A program made the translations under genes and the position numbers. A stretch of DNA of 64,000 bases from Candidatus Saccharimonadia bacterium (GTDB taxonomy: Bacteria > Patescibacteriota > Saccharimonadia > UBA4664): contig JBBRTI010000002.1 of NCBI GenBank assembly GCA_038244585.1, positions 258-64,257 on the forward strand, written 5' to 3'. The notes beneath the pieces are model-generated. The model did no database searches and was not told the origin of the DNA. It worked only from the letters and a program-made list of their open reading frames with translations. Every line of letters begins with the position of its first letter. The stretch's first letter is position 1. Below, one piece after another: positions 1 through 9,924 of the stretch.

Positions 1-1
1 G

Positions 2-367
2 GCTCGTTCCTACGAGCCCGGTATCCACCTGGTCAACATCGACCTCGTGGCTCACTGGGAGCCGGAGGACGGTCGAACCCTCGTGGAAGTCCGTGAGCAG
101 GCCAAGAGCCAGGGCGAGATTCTCGCCCAGCTCGAGGTCATCTCCATCTACGGTGTTCTCACCCAGCTCTTCATGGAGCAGGACGGTGAGAACCTCCCGT
201 ACTCGGACATGCCCGGCACCGTCGTGACGTTTCCCGGCGACTCCGAGCCGTGCGCTCTGTACGTGGACTGGCACCGCATCGGCCGCGGGGCCGGGTTCGA
301 CGCCGACTGGGTCGGCTACCGCAGCTACGGGTGGGCGGCGCCGGTGCTCAGGGAGTTGCAGAGCTAG
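2..367 (+). CDS. 5'-truncated hypothetical protein; C-terminus resembles a DGR variable region
   Basis: Frame is open from base 2 (ARSYEPGIHLVNIDLVAHW...), with strong GC3 bias. It ends ...PCALYVDWHRIGRGAGFDADWVGYRSYGWAAPVLRELQS*. Confidence 0.75.
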   Translation, partial: ARSYEPGIHLVNIDLVAHWEPEDGRTLVEVREQAKSQGEILAQLEVISIYGVLTQLFMEQDGENLPYSDMPGTVVTFPGDSEPCALYVDWHRIGRGAGFDADWVGYRSYGWAAPVLRELQS

Positions 368-434
368 GACTTCGGTCCCTAGGGGCTTGGAGGGCCTTGG
401 ATTTCGATCCTTGGCCCTCCGCCCCGCAGGGGCG
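367..434 (+). other. Cluster of three GC-rich hairpins after the stop codon
   Basis: ggac-ttcg-gtcc (367-378); ggagggcc...ggccctcc (389-420); cgcccc-gca-ggggcg (420-434). Confidence 0.7.
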
Positions 435-741
435 CAAATTCAATTTTTCACGCACGTGGATATTGGAGGAGCGTCCCTTCTTCATGTTCAAAAATTTGCG
501 ATAATCTAGGAGGCAGAAAGTTGTCGAATCCGTGTCGTTGTGAATGTGACTCGTCGAAACGCGCCACAACTCGTACTTAATTACTCCTCTCGTGAAAGTA
601 ATCCTCGTTTAAGTTACTCAGAAGGTTTAAACGGGGTCATCCATCACGTATCAAATTTAAGGGTGAAGTTCTATCATCGGACTGAGCGACCTGCCATGAA
701 ATTATTTCGACAACAGCGATATTTGGGTCGCTTTTTGTCTA

Positions 742-770
742 TTGACATTCATTACTTGTTATACTATAAT
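742..770 (+). promoter_or_regulatory. Consensus sigma70 promoter
   Basis: Exact TTGACA-17 nt-TATAAT. Confidence 0.8.
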
Positions 771-860
771 GTAATAATCTTTGAAATGTCACAACTTCAC
801 AGAAGAACCAGACCAATTGAGCTATCCAGCTTTTGGTTGGACTCACAACTAGGAGATGTT

Positions 861-1139
861 ATGTCAAACGCAAGACCCACAGCTTCTCAAACCGCACGGA
901 CCGTGGCGAAGGTGAACGCGGACATTGAGGCTGCCCGCTCCTTCTGTGTCTTCTCCGCAGGTTTCGCTGTATTCGGTTTCGCGAGCAACGCAGTGTCGGT
1001 GGCATATGATACGTTTCGCACTCAGGGCGGATGGCTCATATTCATGGCTGTGCTTTCATCGGTTTTTGGCGGCGCTTCCCTATATTTCTTTTTGAAACAC
1101 AAGGAGCTCCTCGCCGAAAGGCACTCCATCTCCAATTAG
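861..1139 (+). CDS. Small two-TM membrane protein (92 aa)
   Basis: AGGAG RBS before ATG 861, downstream of the consensus promoter; two hydrophobic segments. Confidence 0.65.
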   Translation: MSNARPTASQTARTVAKVNADIEAARSFCVFSAGFAVFGFASNAVSVAYDTFRTQGGWLIFMAVLSSVFGGASLYFFLKHKELLAERHSISN

Positions 1140-1439
1140 TAACAACGCCGCCCGAGAGCGTATAATCTCGGGCAACTAACAAAGTTATTTATATATTAAA
1201 TGGTTTTGATCGTTGCATTTGTATTGTTCTAAGTTCGTCCCACAGACCCTGCCAGTTATAATTCCAAAAAAGTGGCATAAACGAGCCGCTTTTTTTGTAT
1301 TTTGTATGGAGAAGAATTAAAAATTGCTCGTATTAAAGCACAAAGGTTACATAGACTTCTTGGCAATAGAATGCTAAAGTAGGGCCTCGTTAGCTGACTC
1401 TGTTTCCGCAGTTGGCCTGTACCTTTCCAGGGAGAAATT

Positions 1440-2554
1440 ATGTATCAACCACTTGTTTTGGTACCGACCGTTCGCGATCTCCGCTTGTTATTCAGGGCAT
1501 CCGATGATTACGCACTGCTGGCACCTGGTGCATTGGAAGTTCTCAAACGCGCGGTTCAAAAGAGGCAGTCTTTACCGAAATCAATTCTACGGCAGGCTCA
1601 GAGAATGTGGGGGATTGATCTTTCGTCAAATGACGCAGCCCAAGCCTTGCTGATCCGCGAACCCGCTTGCTCCAGCTACGACAACGCCTCTTGGGAACTT
1701 AATATGAGGTGCAATTATAGTTGTGAGCATTGCTATTTAGGGCCTAAATCAATTGAGTCGATACCCATGCGAGAGAGGATAGTTATCCTTGAAACCATGC
1801 GAGATTTAGGTGTCTACCGCCTCCAAATCACTGGTGGCGAGCCGCTCATTGATCGGCATTTCGCAGAAAGCTACATGGCCGCCTATCGAATGGCATGCTA
1901 ATTCGGCTCAGCACCAATGCCAGTCGGCTACATCAGGAAGAAACTTTGAGGCTATTGACCGACTTTCCACCGCTGCATGTAGCTATCAGCCTATACGGTG
2001 CCACAGCCGCGGCATATGAGTCGCTGACTCGGACGCCTGCTGGGACCTTTAAGCGCTTCTTGCGCGGTTTAACGGCAGCCAACGAGGCCGGAATTAATTT
2101 GCGCCTGAACATTATCGTTACCAAGCACAACGATCATCAGGTAGCAGATATGGAGGCACTAGCCGATAGTTTAGGTATAGAACACTTTGTCTATGGGAGA
2201 ATTACTTCAACCTACCAAGGCACCGGAGAAGTTCTGTCCGCTCAAAGTCCGAAGGTGGACTTGCGCAAGCGACGAGACCCCTTTACGGGCTGTAACGCGG
2301 GAAAGACATTCTTTCACGTGGATCCGTTAGGGCGAGCCAGTATCTGTAAATTTGGTCGGGTTCCCTGGATCCAATTACAGCAAGATAGCATTGCTGGTAT
2401 GGGCCAACTGGCGGCTATCTCCGATAAGTTGCTTACCCGAAGCGGTACTTGCGACGGCTGTACGATCCAGTCTAGCTGCAGCACTTGCCCACCGATGGTC
2501 GCTGATTATCGCAGCGCGGGTGCTCTAGAAGACTTTTTCTGCCAACACTCCTGA
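1440..2554 (+). pseudogene. Radical SAM/SPASM-domain protein split by a 1-nt frameshift at ~1890-1897 (pseudogene or sequence error)
   Basis: CNYSCEHC (CxxxCxxC) and TGGEP lie in 1440..1901. STN, CNAG and CxxC-x5-CxxC (SPASM-like) lie in 1895..2554. One extra G in ATGGCATG would give ...YRMGMLIRLSTN. Confidence 0.85.
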
Positions 2555-2569
2555 GAGGAGGTGATACTT

Positions 2570-2668
2570 GTGGACGACAACGATAGCCTAGTCATTGGTG
2601 AGGGCAATCTCGCGCTCGATTTCAAGCGAGACTGCAGTTGCTCAGGCAGCGACGACAACCCACACTAA
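2570..2668 (+). CDS. 32-aa putative RiPP precursor peptide MDDNDSLVIGEGNLALDFKRDCSCSGSDDNPH
   Basis: GGAGGTGA RBS at 2557-2564, GTG start, TAA at 2666-2668. Lies between the rSAM and GNAT genes and is followed by a hairpin; below the ORF-track cutoff. Confidence 0.75.
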   Translation: MDDNDSLVIGEGNLALDFKRDCSCSGSDDNPH

Positions 2669-2684
2669 CTTTCAAGTTGGTGCT

Positions 2685-2713
2685 ACCGCCCCGGGGATTC
2701 CCGGGGCGGTTTT
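2685..2713 (+). terminator. Stem-loop after the peptide gene
   Basis: accgccccggg-gatt-cccggggcggt followed by ttt. Confidence 0.75.
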
Positions 2714-2730
2714 CCGTTATAATAAATATT

Positions 2731-3579
2731 ATGACAAACGCAAAACTTCTTCAGAAGCTCATCACTACTCCTTACGTGCCGTTACTCGGTCCGGTACACC
2801 CAGATCTCATCGATGAGCAGCTGCTGGCCAATGTATTTCTTGCTGGAGATGCCGACGAGCTCCTGCCCTTCGACAAGGATCGACGCTGGTATATAAGCAA
2901 GCCGGCAATCATTCTATCAGACCACATTTACCGAAGCGTCACAGGCATGATTGTCCCGGTACTATCAAAGGGTTTGGAGCGCGTTAAGCTGTTGTGTTAC
3001 GGAGAAGCGGATCAGGACGATTTTAACAGCTGCGTTGAAGGAGTCAGGAGCTTGCATCCAATGTGCCAGATAACTATCGTCAGCTTTGCTCCCGTTGCAA
3101 CCCCCGTAGACAACGCTTCAATACTATTTCTCAAGCGTTTTTCAGAAATCGATAGTCGATCTGGCAATGCGACCGTTGAGCAAATAAGCGTAACAGAGGC
3201 CGGCAGTCTTGCAAGTTTGGCCGACGACGCCGAAAACTCTGGCTTCGGTTTTCTGGCGCGACAGTATGGCGAGAGGGAGCTCGGACCAACCTTTGTTATC
3301 CGTGACAACGGATTAGTTGTTGCTGCTGTCGGGCCAATAGATACGATGCCGGACTCAGCAGGACAATTATTATGTCTCCCACCATACGTCGGTGTAGCAA
3401 GTAATTATCGTGGCAGGGGACTCGGTAGCCTTGTTTGGCGAGCTGCCATGTCTTACGCTTCCGTCAAGGGGGCAACCTATCTATTACTTCAATCGGAGGC
3501 CGGCCAGGCTTCAGAGTATTTCTATGAGTCTCAAGGTTTAGTAGGGCTCGGAGCAGTAATTTCTAGACCAATAATATGA
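2731..3579 (+). CDS. GNAT-family N-acetyltransferase with N-terminal extension
   Basis: Motif A GVASNYRGRGLGSLVW and motif B ASEYFYESQG; ATG at 2731. Confidence 0.85.
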   Translation: MTNAKLLQKLITTPYVPLLGPVHPDLIDEQLLANVFLAGDADELLPFDKDRRWYISKPAIILSDHIYRSVTGMIVPVLSKGLERVKLLCYGEADQDDFNSCVEGVRSLHPMCQITIVSFAPVATPVDNASILFLKRFSEIDSRSGNATVEQISVTEAGSLASLADDAENSGFGFLARQYGERELGPTFVIRDNGLVVAAVGPIDTMPDSAGQLLCLPPYVGVASNYRGRGLGSLVWRAAMSYASVKGATYLLLQSEAGQASEYFYESQGLVGLGAVISRPII

Positions 3580-3852
3580 TTTAAACCCGAAATCATAGTC
3601 GAAACCTCATCAATATTTCGGCGGTGAAGGGTATTCGGGTATCGATGTCAAAAGTTTGGTTCCAGAACATCGTCCCCTGCCATGGATTTTAGGATGAAAC
3701 GGGCTTCGATTACGGAGTCTATTTTTGATTTATGTCTATTAAATGATCGGGCATTTAATTAAATTGACAAAATGCAATATCTATAGCATAGTTTTTGACA
3801 TGTGATTTACGCTTGTATTTCCATGCACCTACAACAAGCAGGGAGTAGTGAG

Positions 3853-4272
3853 ATGCTTTTAAAATTCCTAGGCATTGGCCACCGCCAGCCGGTCGGTGCG
3901 GTTAGTGAGGCACCTCTGTCACGAGACCAAGCGCGCCTGCTGAAAGCCGCAAGGCGGGAGGCGAAGCGACTCGGTGATGAGATGTACGTACACGAAACTC
4001 TGATTCCGATTATCGACCGCCTTTTTGACTCACGCGGAGACCAGGTTGACGTCGGCCTACTGAAAATTACCCGAACCCAAACGGGCGTGACCATCCAACC
4101 CGTTATGTTTGACCCTTACGCACACTACGGAGAGGTCAAAGTGCACCCGTCAGACGTCCTACCGGCCCTCAAGGAGTACTACACGGGTCGCGGGTATACT
4201 ATAACGGCGAAGATGCACCCCGACATTCCTGAAGGTTTTTTTTCGGTTCTACGTATCGTCATCGCTCCGTAG
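3853..4272 (+). CDS. Hypothetical protein
   Basis: GGGAG RBS before ATG 3853; TTGACA upstream; hairpin downstream. Confidence 0.55.
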   Translation: MLLKFLGIGHRQPVGAVSEAPLSRDQARLLKAARREAKRLGDEMYVHETLIPIIDRLFDSRGDQVDVGLLKITRTQTGVTIQPVMFDPYAHYGEVKVHPSDVLPALKEYYTGRGYTITAKMHPDIPEGFFSVLRIVIAP

Positions 4273-4439
4273 ATCACAACAACCGACCCCGTACCGAAGT
4301 AGAGCCTCGCTCCTTTGGAACGGGGTTTTACTTTTAGTCAATTGGCCGTACGTTAGGTGTTGCACCGAACGTGCCCATAAATGCGGAGACAAGGCTAACC
4401 TGGTGAAACGGTTATGCTTACTGCTATAATCGCTACAAC

Positions 4440-5141
4440 ATGAAGAAAACTGGCACAACCCTGTACTGTTTCTCTCCCCCGGTGATGATAGCCACTTTTA
4501 TCATTGAGCTAGCGACGCTGCTCTATACGGTGATTAGATATCGCTTTACACCCCTGACTCGCGTGATTGCTGTGATTCTACTCCTGTTGGCAGTGTTTCA
4601 GCTCGCTGAATATAATGTCTGCGGCAACCTTGGGCTTTCGGCTGACGCTTGGTCAAGAATCGGCTATGTTGCCATCACTTTGCTGCCCGCCCTGTCGATT
4701 CATTTGATAATGATTGTGTCACGGCGGCATTGGCAGTGGCTCGTTTGGTTAAGCTACCTAACCGCCGCCGGCTTCGCCTTACTTTTCGGATTGAGCCAGT
4801 CGGCCTTTGCCAACCACGTCTGCTCAGGCAATTACGTCATCTTTCATTTAGTAGGCTCGGTTGGGAGAATCTACTTTGTTTATTATTATGCCTGGTTGAT
4901 TATCGGCATCTTTCTCGGCCTCTACCTCAGCGTGAATGCATCGAAAAAGATCCGTACGGCCCTGATACTGCAGGTCGTTGGCTACTTAAGCTTTCTACTA
5001 CCGACGGCGGTCGTAAATACGGTGAACCCGCGAACTATCTCCGGAATTCCGAGCATTATGTGTGGATTCGCCATAATCTATGCCCTAATCCTGGTCTTTG
5101 GCGTGGCGCCGCTAATGCTGCCGAAGCGAGCCAGACGCTAA
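4440..5141 (+). CDS. Polytopic (~7 TM) membrane protein, HisKA_7TM-like
   Basis: Seven hydrophobic segments in 233 aa. Confidence 0.65.
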   Translation: MKKTGTTLYCFSPPVMIATFIIELATLLYTVIRYRFTPLTRVIAVILLLLAVFQLAEYNVCGNLGLSADAWSRIGYVAITLLPALSIHLIMIVSRRHWQWLVWLSYLTAAGFALLFGLSQSAFANHVCSGNYVIFHLVGSVGRIYFVYYYAWLIIGIFLGLYLSVNASKKIRTALILQVVGYLSFLLPTAVVNTVNPRTISGIPSIMCGFAIIYALILVFGVAPLMLPKRARR

Positions 5142-5219
5142 CGTACCGATTCTTTACATCCCCAGCGCGCAGGCAGACACTAAAGCCATAGTTATATCAA
5201 ATTGAATAAGGATCATCCT

Positions 5220-6011
5220 ATGGAACCGAATCCGCCCTCAGTAAGCTCAGCCGGCAAATCCAAATTGACTCTTAGTCTAGACCTGCGCTGGGTAGCTCTG
5301 GCGCTCGTGGCGGTTATCGTCGCCATGCTGCTGGTGTGGCAGCCGTGGAGCCAGGTCGACAGTGTAAATGCACGGACCGTTACCGTCACGGGTGACACCA
5401 CTGTCAAAGCTGTGCCCGACGAATACGTCTTTAGTCTGTCATATCAGAACACGAACGCCGACAAAGCAGTGGCTATTCAGAAGGCTGGTGCTACGAGCGC
5501 GGAGATCATAGCCAAGCTCAAAGCTCTCGGGGTCACCGATAAGCAGATCAAGACTAGAGTAGACGGCTACGGCAACGCCCAACCAGATTATATGGGCATC
5601 GGCCGTCCCGTGCCTGTGCCTTCAGACGGCGGGTATGTCTATACCCTGCAGCTCACCGTGACCTTGACCGATCGGGCGAAGACCCAGCAAGTCCAGGATT
5701 ACCTGGTTACAACCAACCCGACCGGAACGGTCACCCCGATGCCGACCTTTAGCGACGGACTCCGCAAACAGCTTGAATCCAAAGCCCGTGACGCGGCCAC
5801 CCGCGAAGCCCGTACTAAGGCCGACCAATCCGCCCGCAATCTCGGCTTCAAAGTCGGCAGCGTCAAAAGTGTCGATGACGGCGGCGGAATCCGGCCGATG
5901 ATGGGTGGTGTCAGCAGTTCCGAGGCGAAAGACAGCGCCCCCAGCTTCAGCGTCCAGCCCGGTGAGAACGATCTCAATTACTCCGTAACCGTCACTTACT
6001 ACATAAAGTAG
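5220..6011 (+). CDS. SIMPL-domain (DUF541) protein
   Basis: N-terminal TM; TVTVTG..V.AVPD; A...A..KA; C-terminal PGE...SVTVTY. Confidence 0.85.
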   Translation: MEPNPPSVSSAGKSKLTLSLDLRWVALALVAVIVAMLLVWQPWSQVDSVNARTVTVTGDTTVKAVPDEYVFSLSYQNTNADKAVAIQKAGATSAEIIAKLKALGVTDKQIKTRVDGYGNAQPDYMGIGRPVPVPSDGGYVYTLQLTVTLTDRAKTQQVQDYLVTTNPTGTVTPMPTFSDGLRKQLESKARDAATREARTKADQSARNLGFKVGSVKSVDDGGGIRPMMGGVSSSEAKDSAPSFSVQPGENDLNYSVTVTYYIK

Positions 6012-6137
6012 CCAATGCGCGTTTGAAGCCCCTATATTTATCGTGACGCATGCCATAGACAAGTGTTCCCCTGACAAAGCAAAATGTTAGTACAATGAGA
6101 ATGCATATGATTAACAAACTTATCGGAGGACTAGTCA

Positions 6138-6329
6138 ATGGCTAACAGAGGACAGAATGTGCGCAGCGCAGGTTCCTCAGGTGCCGTTTACGGGTTTGGC
6201 TTTATCGGCGTAGTGATTTATTATATCGCGCACGCATCAACTTTCACGATCGGATTCATTGGATTCCTGAAGGCTATAGTGTGGCCGGCGTTCCTGGTTT
6301 ACGCTATGCTCGATTTCTTAAAGCTGTAG
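6138..6329 (+). CDS. Small membrane protein
   Basis: GGAGG RBS; two hydrophobic segments; KAIVWPAFLVY. Confidence 0.75.
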   Translation: MANRGQNVRSAGSSGAVYGFGFIGVVIYYIAHASTFTIGFIGFLKAIVWPAFLVYAMLDFLKL

Positions 6330-6339
6330 TAGGCGAGAC

Positions 6340-8235
6340 CTACAATTTGCTATAGCGAAGCATCAGCGAACTCGTCACCACCGAGACTGAGCTAAACGCC
6401 ATGGCTAGACCGGCAATGGCTGGGTTGAGAGTGAGGCCGAGCGGTACGAGCATGCCGGCTGCCACCGGTATGCCGGCCAGGTTGTAGACGAAGGCCCAAA
6501 ATAGGTTGAGGCGGATCCGGCCGAACGTCTTGTGGCTGAGCGTTAGGGCCCGGGAGACGTCGCGCAGGTCGTTTTTAACGAGGACGATGCCGCCCGCTTC
6601 CATGGCGATGTCCGTACCGGATCCCATGGCGATGCCCAGATCGGCTTGGGCCAGGGCCGGCGCATCGTTGATGCCGTCGCCGACGAAGGCGACCTTGCCG
6701 CGCTGCTGCAGCGTTTTAACGTGGTCGGCCTTGTCGCCGGGCAGCACTTCGGCAATGACGTTGGTGATACCTACCGCGCGAGCGATTGCCGCCGCTGTGG
6801 CTTTGTTGTCACCGGTGAGCATCACCGGTTCAAAGCCGCGCGCAGTCAGGTCTGCGACCGCTTCCGCCGCCATGGGCTTGGGTTCGTCCTGGACGGCAAT
6901 TAGCCCGATGAGCGAGCCGGCTTCTACTATCATCATGACGGTCTTACCTTGGCTTTCCAGTCTGGCCATCTCTTCGCCGAAAGCCGTAGCCGATAGCTGG
7001 AGGCCTTCCATCAAGGCGCGATTACCGACGGCCACGGGCTTTCCGGCCAGCTTGCCGGTTACGCCTTTGCCCTCGACAGCCTGGAAGTCTGAGGTTTTAG
7101 CGACCTCGATGCCTTCGGCTTTGGCTCGGTCAAGAATAGCCGACGCCAACGGATGTTCCGAGACGGCTTCGAGGGCAGCGGCCGTGCGTAATACCTCGGC
7201 TTCGTCGCCGACTATATCCGTCACCACCGGCCGTCCGACCGTCAGCGTTCCCGTCTTGTCGAAGACGATGTATTTGATATTATTAGCCGCTTCCAAGACT
7301 TCGCCGCTCTTGATGAGGATACCCAGACTGGCTCCTCGGCCGGTCCCGACCATCAGCGCCGTAGGCGTTGCCAGCCCCAAGGCGCACGGGCAGGCAATTA
7401 CTACCACTGCCACCGCGAACAACATCGACGCTACGAAACTGGATCCCAGCAGCACGAACCAGACGTTGAATACCAAAATCGCGAGTATTAGCACCACGGG
7501 CACGAACACGCCCGAGACCTTATCGGCTAGCTTTTGGATTGGTGCGCGGCTGTTTTGGGCCCGCCTTACCAGTTCCACGATTTGAGCGAGCAACGTTTCG
7601 GAGCCCACCTTGGTGGCCTCGAACGTAAACGATCCGGTTTTGTTAATTGTCGAGCCGATGACGATATCGCCGACGCCCTTAACCACCGGTAAACTTTCGC
7701 CCGTCACCATAGCTTCGTCGATGGTTGAACTGCCTTGCGTTATCTTGCCGTCGACAGCAATCTTCTCTCCTGGCCTTACTAGGACCAGGTCACCGACACG
7801 CACCTCGTCAAGCGGGACCGAGACTTCTTTGCCGTCGCGCAAGATCGTCGCTTGCTTGGCCTGCAGCCCTACCAGTTTCTCAATGGCGTTGGACGCCCGG
7901 TTGCGAGTGAGATCCTCGAATAGCTTGCCGAGCAGGATGAAGGTAATCAGCAGCGCAGCGATCTCAAAATAGACCTCCGTGCCCGCGCTCAAAGCGTACA
8001 GACTGTAGAAGTACGCCACACCGGTACCCAGGGCAACCAGCGTATCCATGCTAGCCTGACGGTGCTTGAAGGCCGACCACGCGCCTACGAAAAACGGGTA
8101 GCCGCCGAATACCATCACCGGCGTCGCCAAAGCCCACATGGTGAGCTTGTCACCGGGCAGCATCAGCCCCACCATAGTGAGGGCCAGTGGCAGAGAGAAA
8201 ACCAAGCTGATTATAAAACGAGTTTTCGTACTCAT
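6340..8235 (-). CDS. copA: Cu(I)-translocating P1B-type ATPase without N-terminal metal-binding domain
   Basis: [35 protein letters not shown] and MAFSS motifs. Confidence 0.95.
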   Translation of the reverse strand: MSTKTRFIISLVFSLPLALTMVGLMLPGDKLTMWALATPVMVFGGYPFFVGAWSAFKHRQASMDTLVALGTGVAYFYSLYALSAGTEVYFEIAALLITFILLGKLFEDLTRNRASNAIEKLVGLQAKQATILRDGKEVSVPLDEVRVGDLVLVRPGEKIAVDGKITQGSSTIDEAMVTGESLPVVKGVGDIVIGSTINKTGSFTFEATKVGSETLLAQIVELVRRAQNSRAPIQKLADKVSGVFVPVVLILAILVFNVWFVLLGSSFVASMLFAVAVVVIACPCALGLATPTALMVGTGRGASLGILIKSGEVLEAANNIKYIVFDKTGTLTVGRPVVTDIVGDEAEVLRTAAALEAVSEHPLASAILDRAKAEGIEVAKTSDFQAVEGKGVTGKLAGKPVAVGNRALMEGLQLSATAFGEEMARLESQGKTVMMIVEAGSLIGLIAVQDEPKPMAAEAVADLTARGFEPVMLTGDNKATAAAIARAVGITNVIAEVLPGDKADHVKTLQQRGKVAFVGDGINDAPALAQADLGIAMGSGTDIAMEAGGIVLVKNDLRDVSRALTLSHKTFGRIRLNLFWAFVYNLAGIPVAAGMLVPLGLTLNPAIAGLAMAFSSVSVVTSSLMLRYSKL

Positions 8236-8603
8236 TTTACGACCACCTGGCCACTGAACATCTGCATTCCGCAGGTGTATTTATACTCGCCGGCCGTTTG
8301 CGGCCCGATCTCAATCATGGTTTTTTCGCCCAGCGGTAACGCCCTGGACACGCCGAAATCCGGGAGGAGGACTTCTTCGAGGCAGCCCGACGGGTCCTTT
8401 CGGTTAAAGATAAGCCTGGCCGGCACGCCGGCCGCCAGTTGGACGACCCTAGGCTGGTACCCGCCGTCAACCAATATCTCAACGGTTTGTACGCCCTCGG
8501 CCATTTCGGCCACCTGGGCCTCATCCTGGTGCTTACCGAAAAACCACCACACTATAAACCCGATAGCTAACGCTGATGTGACTAGCGAAACAATTTTGTC
8601 CAT
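8232..8603 (-). CDS. Membrane-anchored cupredoxin-domain copper chaperone (CupA-like)
   Basis: N-terminal TM, GGYQP, SGCL, YTCGMQM; overlaps the copA start. Confidence 0.85.
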   Translation of the reverse strand: MDKIVSLVTSALAIGFIVWWFFGKHQDEAQVAEMAEGVQTVEILVDGGYQPRVVQLAAGVPARLIFNRKDPSGCLEEVLLPDFGVSRALPLGEKTMIEIGPQTAGEYKYTCGMQMFSGQVVVK

Positions 8604-8848
8604 TTGGAGTGCTCCTTTTTATTATTATCCGCGCTTGCGACAGGTATGGCTACATACCCCATAGCGGCAACGGCTGCCACTATACCGTCAGGGGATTGGT
8701 CGGTTTCCTCATATTCAACCCGCATCGTGTGCCGCTTATAGTCGGCCTCCACCTTTTTGACGCCGGCAAGATCATCTTCCATGGCTTCGAGGTGCATGAT
8801 GCACGACGGGCAGCTGAGGTTTTCCAGTCTAAACGATTGGCTTGTCAT
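8582..8848 (-). CDS. Heavy-metal-associated (CopZ-like) chaperone
   Basis: LSCPSC CxxC motif; AMGY loop. Confidence 0.85.
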   Translation of the reverse strand: MTSQSFRLENLSCPSCIMHLEAMEDDLAGVKKVEADYKRHTMRVEYEETDQSPDGIVAAVAAMGYVAIPVASADNNKKEHSKWTKLFR

Positions 8849-8859
8849 CTTAGAACTCC

Positions 8860-9882
8860 TTATTTTACGACGATTAGCGCTGAATACATGCCCATGACAC
8901 AGGTCAGGCGGATAGTGCCCGCAACCTGAGGTGGCAGCAGAATGATTTGCGAGTCAGTCTCGCCCAGCAGTTTTTGAATATTTAGCGACGGAATGACAAG
9001 TGACCGGCCGCACCCTTGGGTATTATTGGTTGTCACTGTGAGCTTAATCGGGACGCCCGCCTTGGCTTCCATGACGGCCGGAGCGTAGGCTTGGTCGGTA
9101 ATCGTCATACTCAGTGCATTGTCGGTCGTTGCTACGACCGCAGGAACATCCGGTTGGATTTGCTTTAATGACTGGGTCACAGCGGCGTAGGATATTGGTG
9201 AACCGGCTAGCGTCAGCCCGCTGTCAACCGCTATCACTCCCAGGACTAAGACTGCCACCCCGGCCGTCTTCCAGAACCGTGACTGCCAGCGATTACCCAG
9301 TTTGGTTGTTAGGTAGGCTAGCGAAAAGAACAGAGGCGTAGTTCCCAGAACAAAGGCAAACAAAATTGCAGCACCCGTTACCGGGCTGCCACTGCCTACT
9401 GCCAGTGCCATCATGGCCTGGGTCACGCCGCACGGTATGAGCACGGTTAACGCGCCCAGGAAGGTGGGTGCTAGCCAATTGGCGTCGGCTTGTTTTGATT
9501 TACGCCGGATGTAACGCGTCGCAAACTTGGGCGGCGTTATGGCAAAGTGACGGAATATGGGATGGACGTTTAACAGACGGAATGCCGTGCCCACCATGAA
9601 CAGCCCGATTGCAATCTGGAGAATCGCCCGCATCAGTGGGGTCAGCTGTAGAAGCTGACCAAGCCATCCTAGAGCGGCCCCCAGTAAGGTATAGGACACC
9701 AGTTTGGCGCCCAAAAACAGTAGTATCGGCTGCGCGGACTGCCGGCGGGAGCGGACCGCTGCACCAGCGTCAGTTTCGGCAGGATCAGCCAATGCACTGG
9801 CCAGCATGCCGCCCTGAACCGCTAAACAGCTGAGACCGCCTGCCGTCAGCCCGGTCACGAATACGATTAATAAATTCGACAC
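8860..9882 (-). CDS. DsbD_2/TauE-like membrane protein with C-terminal cupredoxin domain
   Basis: GGLSCLAVQGG, PCG, F.LGT, C-terminal CVMGMY. Confidence 0.8.
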   Translation of the reverse strand: MSNLLIVFVTGLTAGGLSCLAVQGGMLASALADPAETDAGAAVRSRRQSAQPILLFLGAKLVSYTLLGAALGWLGQLLQLTPLMRAILQIAIGLFMVGTAFRLLNVHPIFRHFAITPPKFATRYIRRKSKQADANWLAPTFLGALTVLIPCGVTQAMMALAVGSGSPVTGAAILFAFVLGTTPLFFSLAYLTTKLGNRWQSRFWKTAGVAVLVLGVIAVDSGLTLAGSPISYAAVTQSLKQIQPDVPAVVATTDNALSMTITDQAYAPAVMEAKAGVPIKLTVTTNNTQGCGRSLVIPSLNIQKLLGETDSQIILLPPQVAGTIRLTCVMGMYSALIVVK

Positions 9883-9924
9883 GTAAATCTCCTCGTTATA
9901 GTACGTTTAGGTACGAACGAGTGG

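Noticed and set aside
540-860. N-terminal extension of the 199-aa ORF 540..1139
   Set aside because: It spans a perfect promoter (742-770), and a good RBS lies before ATG 861.
2595-2816. 73-aa ORF and the 2638 start of the GNAT
   Set aside because: Both overlap the RBS-supported peptide gene and its hairpin; ATG 2731 is more plausible.
6506-7585. 359-aa plus-strand ORF
   Set aside because: Antisense shadow of copA caused by GC3 bias.
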